64,000 bases of DNA. It comes from an uncultured Alphaproteobacteria bacterium (GTDB lineage: Bacteria > Pseudomonadota > Alphaproteobacteria > Rhizobiales > Xanthobacteraceae). Where the stretch lies: the NCBI GenBank assembly GCA_963821175.1, contig CAWGCU010000030.1, forward strand, positions 549 to 64,548, in the 5' to 3' direction. The stretch's first letter is position 1. Each line of letters opens with the position of its first letter. Positions 37,097-46,914 of the stretch are shown here, piece after piece. The notes below the pieces were generated by a model. It saw nothing but the letters and a program-made list of their open reading frames with translations. It was not told the origin of the DNA and did not search any database. The position numbers and the translations under genes are program-made.

Positions 37097-37985
37097 TCAG
37101 GCTTTGCCGGCCTGCGCGCGGTAATGGCGTGCAATCTCCGCGCCGGTCGTCTTCCACACCCGGTCGTGCTCGCAGATGTAGCGCAGCGCCGCGTCGAAGG
37201 CGTCGATGCGGTGCGGCACGCCGGTGAGATAGGGATGGATCGCAATCGCCATGACGCGGCCCGATTGCGCGCCCTCGCGATAGAGCACGTCGAACTGCCG
37301 GCAGATCATGTCGCGGAATTCGTCGGCCGTGCGGTGAAACTTCTCGAACGCCGACTTGTCGTTGATCTCGTGGCTGTAGGGCACGCTGACCAGCGTCTTC
37401 CCGTCGTCGAGCGTCATGATGTAGGGCTGATCGTCGTTGCACCAGTCGCAGACATACTCGCAGCCGTCGGCGGCGAGGTGGTCGAGCGTGTCCCAGGTCT
37501 CCTGCAGGCCGGAGCCGAGCCAGCCGCGCGGACGCGTGCCGGTCGCCTGTTCGATGGTCGCAAGCGTGTTCTTGATGATGCGCGCCTCCTCGCCCGGCGC
37601 CGCCTCGTTGAGGCGGCGGGTGTTGCTCTCGCAATGGCCCATCCATTCCCAGCTTGCCGCTTGTTGCCCTCCTCGATGATCGCGCGGATGCTCGGCGCAA
37701 AGGTCGCTGTTGAGCGCGACGGTGCCGCGGATGCCGTGCCGGTCGAGCACCTCCATCAGGCGGAACACGCCGACCCGGTTGCCGTAGTCGCGCGACGACC
37801 ACATCGGCACGTCGGGCACCGGCACGCCGGTGCCGCCGTAGCCGGCCGGCACTTTCTCGTCGAGGCGAGAAGAACTCGATGTTGGGAATGACCCACAGCG
37901 CGACATGGGCGCCGTTCGGCCATTCCAGCGGCGGGCGGTGGATGATCGGCGAATAGGGAAACGGACCGTAGGCGCGCGGCTTCAT
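37097..37985 (-). pseudogene. polysaccharide deacetylase-family (PuuE-like) hydrolase, two frameshifts as sequenced
   Basis: MKPRAYGPFPYSPIIHRPPLEWPNGAHVALWVIPNIEFF lies in ORF 36981..37985. The body and C-terminus lie in ORF 37097..37906 (DYGNRVGVFRLMEVLDRHGIRGTVALN...IAIHPYLTG.PHRI). Confidence 0.75.
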
Positions 37986-37986
37986 G

Positions 37987-38702
37987 TCAGCTCGCCTTCT
38001 TCACGGCGAGATTCTTGCGGCGAGATGCGCGACCACCTCGTCGACATGCATCACGTCGGCGTATTTGTGGTGCAGGTCGAACAGGTTGACCTTGTGCGAC
38101 AGCATGCTGCGGTCGAAGCAGCATTCCTCGACCAGCACGACGTGGATAGCCGTGCGAATAGGCATCGACCGCGCTGGCGCGCACGCAGCCCGAGGTGCTC
38201 TCGCCGCAGACGATCACCGTCTGGATGCCGAGCTGGGTGAGATGCGCGATGAGCGGCGTGCCGTAGAACGCGCTGGCGCGCTGCTTGGTGATGACGACGT
38301 CGCCCTGCTGCGGCTTGAACTCCGGCCTGATGACGTAAGTCGGACGGATCGACCGACGAATTCTGCGCGCTTGGTCGCGCGTCGACGCAATGCGGGACGG
38401 CTTTCGCTGCGCGTGTCGCCGGTCGAGTAGAAGATCGGCAGGCCGGCGGCGCGCGCCGCGGCGAACAGGCGCTTGGTCGGCTCGATCGCCGCATAGGCGT
38501 ACTCGCCGCAGGCGCTGGGATAGGTCTTGGCGAGCTCCGCCGGCGGCTTCGGGCCGCCCTGATAGACCAGCTCGTAGAGATCGATGGCGAGCAGCGCCGG
38601 CGCCGGTCCGACGAAGGTCTTGCGCCGGTAATGCGTATAGATGTCGAGAACGTCCGGCGTGACGATGTCCTTCCAGCAATGGTCTTCGAAATCGTCGCTC
38701 AT
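37987..38702 (-). pseudogene. isochorismatase-family cysteine hydrolase, two or more frameshifts as sequenced
   Basis: The N-terminus MSDDFEDHCWKDIV...LLAIDLYE lies in ORF 38214..38801. VITKQRASAFYGTPLIAHLTQLGIQTVIVCGESTSGCVRASAVDA lies in ORF 37987..38973. The hand-read tail is EECCFDRSMLSHKVNLFDLHHKYADV. The exact stop is ambiguous (37987 or 38001). Confidence 0.7.
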
Positions 38703-38953
38703 GTCCTGATTTCCCATCGGCATCCCGCCGGACGGCCCAAGCTCCGGTGGCGCAAGGTCCTGTAGGCAAGTTCCGGCTGCCCAATCGGGCGGCATAAACA
38801 CCGAGGTTATTGGAGAATTCCCGGTGTGGCCAGTTCCCCGCTCGCGATTTTGCGATTCGCATTCGAATTGGAACAGGGTAAACTTGCAGCCAAGGGTGGG
38901 CGCCGAATCTCAGTCCCATATGGGGACGCGTACCATGCAACCGGGAGGACAGT

Positions 38954-39406
38954 ATGATTGCCCTTTCCATCAACGGAAAGTCTTATAGCGTCGACGTTGA
39001 ATCCGACACGCCATTGCTCTGGGTCATCCGCGACACAGTTGGATTGACCGGCACCAAATACGGTTGCGGCATCGCCCAATGCGGCGCCTGTACCGTGCAC
39101 ATCAACGGCGTCGCCACGCGCTCGTGCCAAGTCCCCGTCGGCACCGTCGGCGGCAAGCAGATCACCACCATCGAGTCGCTCGCCCAGAACGGCAAGTTGC
39201 ACCCGGTGCAGCAGGCCTGGCTCGATCTCGACGTGCCGCAATGCGGCTATTGCCAGAGCGGCATGATGATGGCGGCGGCTTCCCTCCTCAAGGACAAGCC
39301 GAAGCCGACCGATGCCGATATCGACGCGGCGATGACAAACATCTGCCGTTGCGGAACCTACCAACGCATTCGCGCCGCGATCCACGCGGCCGCGGGCGCG
39401 GCTTAA
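38954..39406 (+). CDS. (2Fe-2S)-binding subunit of an IorAB-type molybdenum hydroxylase
   Basis: Intact 150-aa ORF with the motifs [12 protein letters not shown] and [11 protein letters not shown]...CRCGTY. Confidence 0.9.
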   Translation: MIALSINGKSYSVDVESDTPLLWVIRDTVGLTGTKYGCGIAQCGACTVHINGVATRSCQVPVGTVGGKQITTIESLAQNGKLHPVQQAWLDLDVPQCGYCQSGMMMAAASLLKDKPKPTDADIDAAMTNICRCGTYQRIRAAIHAAAGAA

Positions 39407-39420
39407 GGGAGGACGCAGCC

Positions 39421-41592
39421 ATGACATACATGCCGAAATTCAATCGCCGTTCCTTCATCGTCGGTTCGTCCGCGGCCGGCGCCGGGCTTGCGCTCGGCTT
39501 CAACCTGCCGCTCGGCGCCGACGTGGCGCGCGCCGCAGACATCCCGCCCGAAGTCGATGCCTGGGTGGTGATCAAGCCCGACGACACCATCGTCATCCGC
39601 ATCGCGCGCTCGGAAATGGGCCAGGGCACGCTGACCGGCTTGGCGCAACTCGTCGCCGAGGAGCTCAACGCCGACTGGTCGAAGGTCACGACCGAATTCC
39701 CGACGCCCGGCCAGAACGTGGCGCGTAAACGCGTGTGGGGTGATTTCTCCACCGGCGGCAGCCGTGGCATTCGTGATTCGAACGAATACGTCCGCAAGGG
39801 CGGCGCAATGGCGCGGATGATGCTCATTCAGGCGGCCGCCAATGCCTGGAACGTGCCGGCGTCGGAGTGCAGCGCCGCCAACAGCGTCATCACCCACAAG
39901 GCGTCGAACCGCACGGTGACCTACGGCAAGGTGGCGGAAGCCGCCGGCAAGCTCGATCAGCCCAAGGACGTGCCGCTGAAGGACCCGAAGGACTGGACGA
40001 TCGCCGGCAAGCCGCTCAAGCGGCTCGACACCGCGGACAAGATCGTCGGCAAGATGATCTACGGCATCGACATCCGGCAGCCCAACATGCTGTACGCCGC
40101 GATCGCCGCCTGCCCGGTGTTCGGCGGCAAGCTGCAAAGCGTCGACGACGCCAAAGTGACCGACATGCCCGGCGTCAAGAAAGTCGTGAAGGTTGGCGAC
40201 AACGCGGTCGCCGTGGTCGCGGACAACTGGTGGCGCGCCAAGAAGGCGCTCGACGCGCTTCCTATCAGTTGGGACAACGGCGACAACGCCAAGGTCTCCA
40301 GTGCGACGATCGCGGACTTCCTCAAGGAAGGCCTCACTGCGGAGCAGGCCTTTGTCGGCAACCAGTCGGGCGACGTGAAAGCCGCACTGGCCGGCGCCGC
40401 CAAGGTGGTGGAAGCGACTTATTCCTACCCGTACCAGAACCACGCGCCGCTCGAGCCGATGAACGCCACCGCGCTCTACACCGCGGACCGTTGCGAGGTG
40501 TGGTGCTCGACGCAGAACGGCGAAGCCGCCTTGGCCGCGACCGCGGAAGCGTCAGGTCTGCCAGTCGCGCAATGCGACGTGCACAAAACCTTCCTCGGCG
40601 GCGGTTTCGGCCGGCGCGGCCAGACCGATTACGTCCGTCAGGCCGTCGCGGTCGCCAAGGAAATGCCGGGCACGCCGGTGAAGCTTCTGTGGTCGCGTGA
40701 AGAAGACATGACGCATTGCTATTATCACCCGATCACGCAGTGCAAGATGACGGCCGGTTTCGACGCCAACAAGAACCTGATCGCGCTGCATATGCGCATT
40801 TCGGGTCAGTCGATCCTGGCCACGGTGTTCCCGGCACGGATGGACAAGGACGGCAGGGACCCGGTCACCTTCCAGGGCCTCAACCCTGGCGGCGCGGAAG
40901 GCGCGTTCGGCTACAACGTGCCGAACATCCTGATCGACCACGCCATGCGCAATCCGTCCGTACCGGCCGGCTTCTGGCGCGGCGTCAACACCAACCACAA
41001 CGCGATCTATGTCGAGACCTTCATCGACCAGCTCGCTCAAGAGGCCGGCGAAGATCCGCTGGCGTTCCGACTCAAATATCTCAAGCCGAAACACGCCGCC
41101 GTGCTCAAGGCGGTGGCGGACAAAGCGGGCTACGGCACGCCGGCGCCGAAGGGCGTCTATCGCGGGCTGTCGCAGATCATGGGCTTCGGCAGCTATGTGG
41201 CGGCCTGCGCGGAAGTCTCGGTCACCGACGGCCAGGTCAAGGTCCACCGCATTGTCGGCGGCACCAATTCCGGCCACGCCGTCAATCCGGAGCAGATTGC
41301 GCGGCAGATCGAAGGCTCGTTCGTCTACGGTCTCTCCGCCATGCTCTATGGCGAATGCACCGTGCGCGGCGGCCACATCGAGCAGAAGAACTTCGATACG
41401 TATCAGGTGATGCGGATCGACGAGATGCCGAAAGTCGAGGCCATCGTGATGCCGGACGGCGAGTTCTGGGGCGGCGTCGGCGAGCCGACCATCGCGGTGG
41501 CCGCGCCTGCCGTGCTCAACGCCATCGCGGCGGCGACCGGCAAGCGCATCCACAACTTCCCGCTCAAGAACAACGACCTTAGATCGGCTTAA
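39421..41592 (+). CDS. molybdopterin-dependent oxidoreductase large subunit (isoquinoline 1-oxidoreductase beta / aldehyde oxidase-like), Tat-exported
   Basis: Start taken at ATG 39421 (MTYMPKFNRRSFIVGSSAAGAGLALG, a twin-arginine signal) inside the longer ORF 39064..41592. The 723-aa body is intact (SEMGQGT...GGGFGRR...). Confidence 0.9.
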   Translation: MTYMPKFNRRSFIVGSSAAGAGLALGFNLPLGADVARAADIPPEVDAWVVIKPDDTIVIRIARSEMGQGTLTGLAQLVAEELNADWSKVTTEFPTPGQNVARKRVWGDFSTGGSRGIRDSNEYVRKGGAMARMMLIQAAANAWNVPASECSAANSVITHKASNRTVTYGKVAEAAGKLDQPKDVPLKDPKDWTIAGKPLKRLDTADKIVGKMIYGIDIRQPNMLYAAIAACPVFGGKLQSVDDAKVTDMPGVKKVVKVGDNAVAVVADNWWRAKKALDALPISWDNGDNAKVSSATIADFLKEGLTAEQAFVGNQSGDVKAALAGAAKVVEATYSYPYQNHAPLEPMNATALYTADRCEVWCSTQNGEAALAATAEASGLPVAQCDVHKTFLGGGFGRRGQTDYVRQAVAVAKEMPGTPVKLLWSREEDMTHCYYHPITQCKMTAGFDANKNLIALHMRISGQSILATVFPARMDKDGRDPVTFQGLNPGGAEGAFGYNVPNILIDHAMRNPSVPAGFWRGVNTNHNAIYVETFIDQLAQEAGEDPLAFRLKYLKPKHAAVLKAVADKAGYGTPAPKGVYRGLSQIMGFGSYVAACAEVSVTDGQVKVHRIVGGTNSGHAVNPEQIARQIEGSFVYGLSAMLYGECTVRGGHIEQKNFDTYQVMRIDEMPKVEAIVMPDGEFWGGVGEPTIAVAAPAVLNAIAAATGKRIHNFPLKNNDLRSA

Positions 41593-41635
41593 GCCCAAAG
41601 CGGCGGGCGTAAAAACCCGCCGCGTCTTCTTTGTA

Positions 41636-42925
41636 ATGGCGAGACAACGCACGGCTAAAACCCGTCGGCAAATCCTGCACGGTGCGGCAAGCGCCGCAGC
41701 CGGCGCGGCGCTGTGGCCGCGGGCGTTGCGCGCGCAAGCGGCGCCGCGCGTCGTCATCGTCGGCGGCGGCTTCGCCGGTGCGGCTTGCGCCCGCGCGCTG
41801 CGCTCAGCCGACACCAAGCTGGCGATCACCCTGGTCGAGGCGCGGCCCACCTATACGGCGCCGCCGCTGAGCAACGGCGTGCTCGGCGGCGTCCGCACGC
41901 TGGCGCAGCAGCAGTTCGGCTACGACAAGATCGCCGCCACCGGCATCAAGGTCGCCATCGCGACCGCAACCGCCATCGATGCGCAGGCGCGCAGCGTCAC
42001 GCTGTCGAGCGGCGACACGCTGTCCTACGACCGCCTCGTGCTCGCGCCCGGCATCGAATTGCGTTTCGACGCGATCAAAGGTTACAGCGAAGCCGCCGCA
42101 CGGCAGGCGCCGCACGCCTGGACCACAGACGCGGCGCAATTCGAATTGCTCCGCCAACAAATTGTCGCCATGCCCGATGACGGCGTGGTGGCGATCGTCG
42201 CGCCGGCCAATCCGTCGCGCTGTCCGCCCGGCCCTTACGAGCGCGCCAGCATGATCGCGCACTATCTGAAAACCAATAAGCCGAAAGCCAAGATCGTCAT
42301 TCTCGACGCCAAAGACACCTTCACCATGCAGCAATTGTTTCTCGATGCATGGCAGAAGTTTTATCCCGACATGATCGCGTGGAAGTCGCTGTCGAACGGC
42401 GGCAATGTCGCCTCGATCGACGTGACGAAGAAATCGATCGAGACCGATTTCGACACTTACGAATACGCCATCGCCAACGTGATCCCACCGCAAAAGGCCG
42501 GCAAGATCGCGGCGCTGGCCGGCGTCGTCGACCGCACCGGCTGGTGCCCGGTCGATGCGGTGACGTTCGAATCGCTCAAAGCGAAGAACATCCACATCGT
42601 CGGCGATTCCTCCTTTGCCGGCTCCATGCCGAAGTCGGCGTTCTCCGGCGTCATCGAAGGCAGGCTGTGCGCCGCGGCGATCGTCCGCCTCTTCGGCGGC
42701 GCCGCGCCGGAGGCGGCACCGATGTCGAGCAATTGCTACAGCGTCGTCGCGCCGGGCTATGCCATTTCGATCACCGGCGAATTCCGCCCGGTCAACGGCG
42801 AATTCACCGAGGTCGATAACTCGATTCACTCCAGCCCGCTCGATGCGCCGCCGACGCTGCGCGCCGAGGACGCCAAGAATGCCGATGCCTGGTTTCGCAC
42901 CGCGACCACAGAGATTTTCGGCTAG
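41636..42925 (+). CDS. FCSD/SoxF-like flavoprotein (sulfide dehydrogenase flavin-binding subunit family)
   Basis: Intact 429-aa ORF with a Tat-like signal (TRRQILHGAASAAAGAAL), the FAD fold VVIVGGGFAGAACA and RCPPGPYERASM, typical of flavocytochrome c sulfide dehydrogenase flavoproteins. Confidence 0.8.
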   Translation: MARQRTAKTRRQILHGAASAAAGAALWPRALRAQAAPRVVIVGGGFAGAACARALRSADTKLAITLVEARPTYTAPPLSNGVLGGVRTLAQQQFGYDKIAATGIKVAIATATAIDAQARSVTLSSGDTLSYDRLVLAPGIELRFDAIKGYSEAAARQAPHAWTTDAAQFELLRQQIVAMPDDGVVAIVAPANPSRCPPGPYERASMIAHYLKTNKPKAKIVILDAKDTFTMQQLFLDAWQKFYPDMIAWKSLSNGGNVASIDVTKKSIETDFDTYEYAIANVIPPQKAGKIAALAGVVDRTGWCPVDAVTFESLKAKNIHIVGDSSFAGSMPKSAFSGVIEGRLCAAAIVRLFGGAAPEAAPMSSNCYSVVAPGYAISITGEFRPVNGEFTEVDNSIHSSPLDAPPTLRAEDAKNADAWFRTATTEIFG

Positions 42926-42932
42926 CGCCGCC

Positions 42933-43358
42933 ATGGCTGCGCTCGCGCTGCTCGCCGCGTCAGCCGCGCCGGGCCATGCGGAGCTCGTTCCCTACAAGAT
43001 CGTCGGCGACGCCATTCCGGCGTCGCTGACCGGCGGCCAAGGCGATGCCGCGCGCGGGCGGACGATCGTGGCCAATCACAATACGGGACTGTGCCTGCTG
43101 TGCCACTCCGGGCCGTTCCCGCAGGACAAGTTTCAGGGCACCATGGCGCCGGATCTCGGCGGCGCCGGCGCGCGGTGGAGCGAAGGGCAATTGCGGTTAC
43201 GCATCGTCGATGCCAGCAAGTTCAATGCGGCGACCATCATGCCGCCGTTCTATCGCGTCGATCATTTGACCCGGGTGGCGCCGGCATTTCGCGACAAGCC
43301 GGTGCTCACGGCGGTGGAAGTCGAGGACGTGGTTGCCTATCTGATGACCTTGAAGTGA
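42933..43358 (+). CDS. soxX: SoxX-like monoheme c-type cytochrome
   Basis: Start taken at ATG 42933 within ORF 42615..43358. It has the heme motif CLLCH and MPPFY, and sits immediately upstream of soxYZ. Confidence 0.7.
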   Translation: MAALALLAASAAPGHAELVPYKIVGDAIPASLTGGQGDAARGRTIVANHNTGLCLLCHSGPFPQDKFQGTMAPDLGGAGARWSEGQLRLRIVDASKFNAATIMPPFYRVDHLTRVAPAFRDKPVLTAVEVEDVVAYLMTLK

Positions 43359-43367
43359 AGTTTTGAT

Positions 43368-43844
43368 ATGGACCGAGATCGCTCACGTCGCGAAATCATC
43401 AAAGCCGCCGGTGCGCTGGCCGGCTGCGGCGCGCTGTTGCGGCTTTCGGTCGGGCCTGCCGCCGCCACTCCTGAGATGATGAAGGATGCGGTGCGCGCCG
43501 TCATCGGCGAAGCGCCGGTCACGAAGGGCAAGGTCAAGCTCGACTTGCCGCCGCTCGTCGAGAACGGCAATTCGGTGCCCTGCACGGTTTCGGTCGAGAG
43601 CCCGATGACGGCAGCCGACTACGTCAAGGCGATTCACATTTTCAATGAAAAGAATCCGCAGCCGAACGTAATCAGCGTCAAGCTCGGACCGCGCGCCGGG
43701 CGCGCCAGTTTTTCGACGCGCATCCGGCTCGCCGATTCGCAGACTGTGACGGCGATCGCGGAACTGTCCGACGGCTCGTTCTGGTCCGACGATATCGATG
43801 TCATCGTCACGCTCGCCGCCTGCATCGAGGACCCGAAACCCTGA
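43368..43844 (+). CDS. soxY: SoxY-related sulfur carrier with AACIE-type C-terminal arm instead of GGCGG
   Basis: Intact 158-aa ORF with a Tat signal SRREIIKAAGALAG and a SoxY-like body (LPPLVENGNSVP..V....PMT..DYVKAIHIF.EKNP). The C-terminus is VTLAACIEDPKP. Confidence 0.8.
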   Translation: MDRDRSRREIIKAAGALAGCGALLRLSVGPAAATPEMMKDAVRAVIGEAPVTKGKVKLDLPPLVENGNSVPCTVSVESPMTAADYVKAIHIFNEKNPQPNVISVKLGPRAGRASFSTRIRLADSQTVTAIAELSDGSFWSDDIDVIVTLAACIEDPKP

Positions 43845-44164
43845 TGGCCCGCGCCCTGATCCATGTTCCGGCAAGCGCCAAGAAAGGCGACGTCATCGAG
43901 ATCAAGACGCTGATCTCGCACGTGATGGAGACCGGCTATCGCATCGGCATCACCGGCACGCCGATCCCGCGCGACATCATCGACGACTTCGTCTGCACCT
44001 ATAACGGCGAGGAAGTGTTCCGCGCCAAGCTTTATCCCGCCATCGCCGCCAATCCCTTCATCACGTTCTTCACCGTCGCCACCGCAAGCGGCACGCTGGC
44101 GTTCGCCTGGACCGACCAGCACGGCGCGACGCAAGTGCAAACCGCCGCGATCACCGTGGAATGA
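43844..44164 (+). CDS. soxZ: SoxZ-like protein
   Basis: Intact 106-aa ORF (KKGDVIEIKTLISHVMETG...FVCTYNGEEVFRAKLYPAIAANPFI.F). The start overlaps the soxY stop. Confidence 0.8.
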   Translation: MARALIHVPASAKKGDVIEIKTLISHVMETGYRIGITGTPIPRDIIDDFVCTYNGEEVFRAKLYPAIAANPFITFFTVATASGTLAFAWTDQHGATQVQTAAITVE

Positions 44165-44939
44165 GCCGGGCGGCATTTGTCATTGCTGTAATCATCGCCG
44201 CGACGACCGTCGCGCGCGCGGCCGACATTCCCTTGGATCAGCGGCGCTCTGACAGCGACTTCATGAGCGCCGACACGCGCGCGATGCAGAGCGACGACAC
44301 CGCCAATCCCGCCATGCTGACGGTGCTCGACGGCGAGACGCTGTGGAACACCAAGGCGGGCGAACACAAATCAATCCTGCGCCGACTGCCACGGCGACGC
44401 GGCAAAAAGCATGAAGGGCGTCGCCGCGCGCTATCCGGCCATGGTGGCGGAACAGGATCGCCCGGTCGATCTCGAACAGCGCATCAATATGAGCCGCGCT
44501 CGCCGACCAGAAGGCGGCCGCGCTGCCGTTCGAGAGCAAGGAATTGCTCGCGCTCACCGCCTATATCGCGCGGCAATCGCGCGGCATGCCGGTCGCGGTC
44601 AAGGACGATGCGCAAGCGAAGCCGTTCATCGACGCCGGCCGTGCCATTTTCGAACTGCGCCAGGGCCAGCTCGATCTGTCCTGCGCGCAATGCCACGACG
44701 ACAATTGGGGCAAGAAGCTTGCCGGCAACCTGGTGCCGCAGGCGATGCCGACGGGTTACCCGATCTATCGCCTGGAATGGCAGGAGGTCGGCTCGCTGCA
44801 GCGGCGGCTGCGCAATTGCATGAGCGGCATGCGCGCCGAGCCGTACGATTTTGGCGCGCCGGAGCTGGTCGACCTCGAATATTTCCTGATGTGGCGCGCC
44901 CGCGGTATGGCGATGGAATCGCCGGCGGTGCGGCCGTAG
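44161..44939 (+). pseudogene. soxA: SoxA-like diheme cytochrome c, two frameshifts as sequenced
   Basis: The signal and N-terminus lie in ORF 44161..44823. Heme site 1, CADCHG, is readable only after a frame change near 44365. Heme site 2, CAQCH, and the C-terminus lie in ORF 44544..44939, after a second change near 44500. Confidence 0.75.
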
Positions 44940-44940
44940 C

Positions 44941-45063
44941 CGTCATTCCGGGGCGCGGGCTTCAGCCCGCGAACCCGGAATCCGATAACCACGATTCGCG
45001 CAAGTCCTGCACCGACTGTGATTATGGATTCCGGATAGCCGCTGCGCGGCTTCCGGAATGACG
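44941..45063. repeat. palindromic intergenic repeat
   Basis: CGTCATTCCGG at 44941..44951 is the exact reverse complement of 45053..45063. An inner hairpin pairs CGCGGGC (44954..44960) with GCCCGCG (44965..44971). Confidence 0.6.
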
Positions 45064-45122
45064 CATTGCTCGCGTTCGGCTCGCCGCTTATGGTTTGCCC
45101 GCAAAAATCAAGGACCTGCCCG

Positions 45123-46908
45123 ATGAACGACGTCACCAAATCCAACGCGCCCGTCAGCTACGCCGAGAAGGCGTGGCAATCCGACGTCATCGTCGATCTG
45201 ATCAAGCATTTCGGCTTTCCCTACATCGCGCTCAATCCGGGCGCGAGCTATCGCGGCCTGCACGACTCGCTGGTCAATTACGGCGGCAACCAGCCGCCGA
45301 TCCTGCTGTGCCAGCACGAGAAGATCGCGGTGCAGATCGCCCACGGCTACGCCAAGGCGACCGGCAAGCCGATGGTCGCGATCGTGCACGACGTGGTCGG
45401 CATGCTGCACGCCACCATGGGCATCTATTACGCCTATATCGACCGCTGCCCGGTCTTCGTCATCGGCGCCACCGGGCCGATGGACGAAAGCCGGCGCCGG
45501 CCGTTCATCGACTGGATCCACACCGCCAACGTCAACGGCGAGCAGCTGCGCCATTACGTGAAATGGGACTACCAGCCCGGCGAGCATCGAGGGCGTGCCG
45601 GATTCGTTTTCGCGCGCGCCTACGCGGCGATGATGACCGAGCCGCAGGGCCCGATCTACATGTGCTACGACGCCTGGCTGCAGGAGCAGCCGCTGTCGCA
45701 AAGACGTGGCGCTGCCGAAATCGTCCGACAACAAGGTGCCGGTGCCGATGGCGGCCGACGTCAAGGCGCTGCGAAGCCGTCGCCGACCGCCTGCTGGCGG
45801 CGAAATATCCGGTGCTGATGGCCGAATATGTCGGCGCGCAGCGAAGGCGGCTTCGACAATCTCGTGGCGCTCGCCGAAACCGTCGGCGCCGCGGTGTTCG
45901 ACGTCCATGCGCGGCTGAATTTCCCCAACCGCCATCCGCTCAATCTGAGCTGCGAGAAGGAAATTTTCCGCGACGCCGATCTGATCCTGTCGCTCGACAC
46001 CCGCGACTGGGAGAAGTCGACCCACTTCAACGACCGCACCAAGCGCCAGGTGGTGCCGCACTATCCGCCGAACTGCGAGATGATCGAGATCGGCTTCGGC
46101 GAGATCAACTTGAGCAAATGGTCGATGGACTATGCGCGCATGCCGACCTGCAGCCTGCGCGTGCTCGGCGACACGCTCGACCGCCATTCCCGAGCTGACG
46201 CGCATCTGCCGCGAGCGCATCGCCAAGAACCCGGCGCTGGCCAAGACGCATCGCCGAGCGCAGCCAAGATCGTCGCGCAAAAGCACGACGCCATGTTCAA
46301 GAAATGGGCCGAGGAGGCGAAGAAGGATTGGGACGGCCTGCCGATCACGCTGCCGCGGCTCGCCAGCGAAATCTGGGACGCGATCAAGACCGAGGACTGG
46401 GTGCTCACCGGCGCCAATCTCCAGGACTGGTGCTACAAGCTGTGGGATTTCGACAAGGCCTACCGCCACTGCGGCCAGGCGCTCGGCACCGGCACGCAGA
46501 TCGGCATCTCGCTCGGCGTCGCGCTGGCGCATCGCGACAAGGGCCGCCTGGTCGTCGACATCCAGCCCGACGGCGATCTGATGTTCGACGCCGGCGCGCT
46601 GTGGAGCGCGGCCAAGAACAACATCCCGATGCTGATCGTGATGTACAACAACCGCGCCTATTACAACGACTGGGAGCACCAGATCCGCGTCGCCAATTTC
46701 CGCGGCACGCCGGTCGAGCGCGCCTATATCGCCCAGGACATCAGCGGCCCCGAGCCCGACTTCGCCACCATGGCGAAAAGCATGGGCTGGTACGCCGAAG
46801 GCCCGATCGAAAAGCCCGCCGACATCGCCGCGCGCGCTGCGCCGCGCCATCGCGCAAGTGAAGGCCGGCAAGCCGGCGCTGGTCGATACGGTGGTGCGGC
46901 CGCGGTGA
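45123..46908 (+). pseudogene. thiamine-pyrophosphate-dependent enzyme (acetolactate synthase-like), about seven or more frameshifts as sequenced
   Basis: The N-terminal TPP-PYR domain (ALNPGASYRGLHDSL...HGYAKATGKPMV) lies in ORF 45066..45818. The middle and C-terminal TPP domain (GTGTQIGISLGVALAHRDKGRLVVDIQPDGDLMFD...MYNNRAY) lie in ORF 45828..46979. Short out-of-frame islands occur, such as PASIEGVPDSFSRA. The hand-read end is ...KAGKPALVDTVVRPR, with the stop at 46906..46908. Confidence 0.8.
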
Positions 46909-46914
46909 GGCGCG

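Noticed and set aside
43368-43844. Considered that the SoxY C-terminus (AACIE instead of GGCGG) is a frameshift artefact.
   Set aside because: The ORF is otherwise intact and in frame with soxZ coupling. An AACIE-arm SoxY-related family is, to my recollection, already named, so it is kept as a real variant pending read checks.
45108-46871. Very long antisense ORFs (587 aa here; also 52261..53967, 41804..42934, 35074..36258, 29254..30198, 48406..49578, 39403..40443, 62910..63332 and others).
   Set aside because: They are Arg/Ala/Gly/Pro-rich low-complexity translations opposite genes with clear family motifs. These are the typical stop-poor shadow frames of high-GC DNA.
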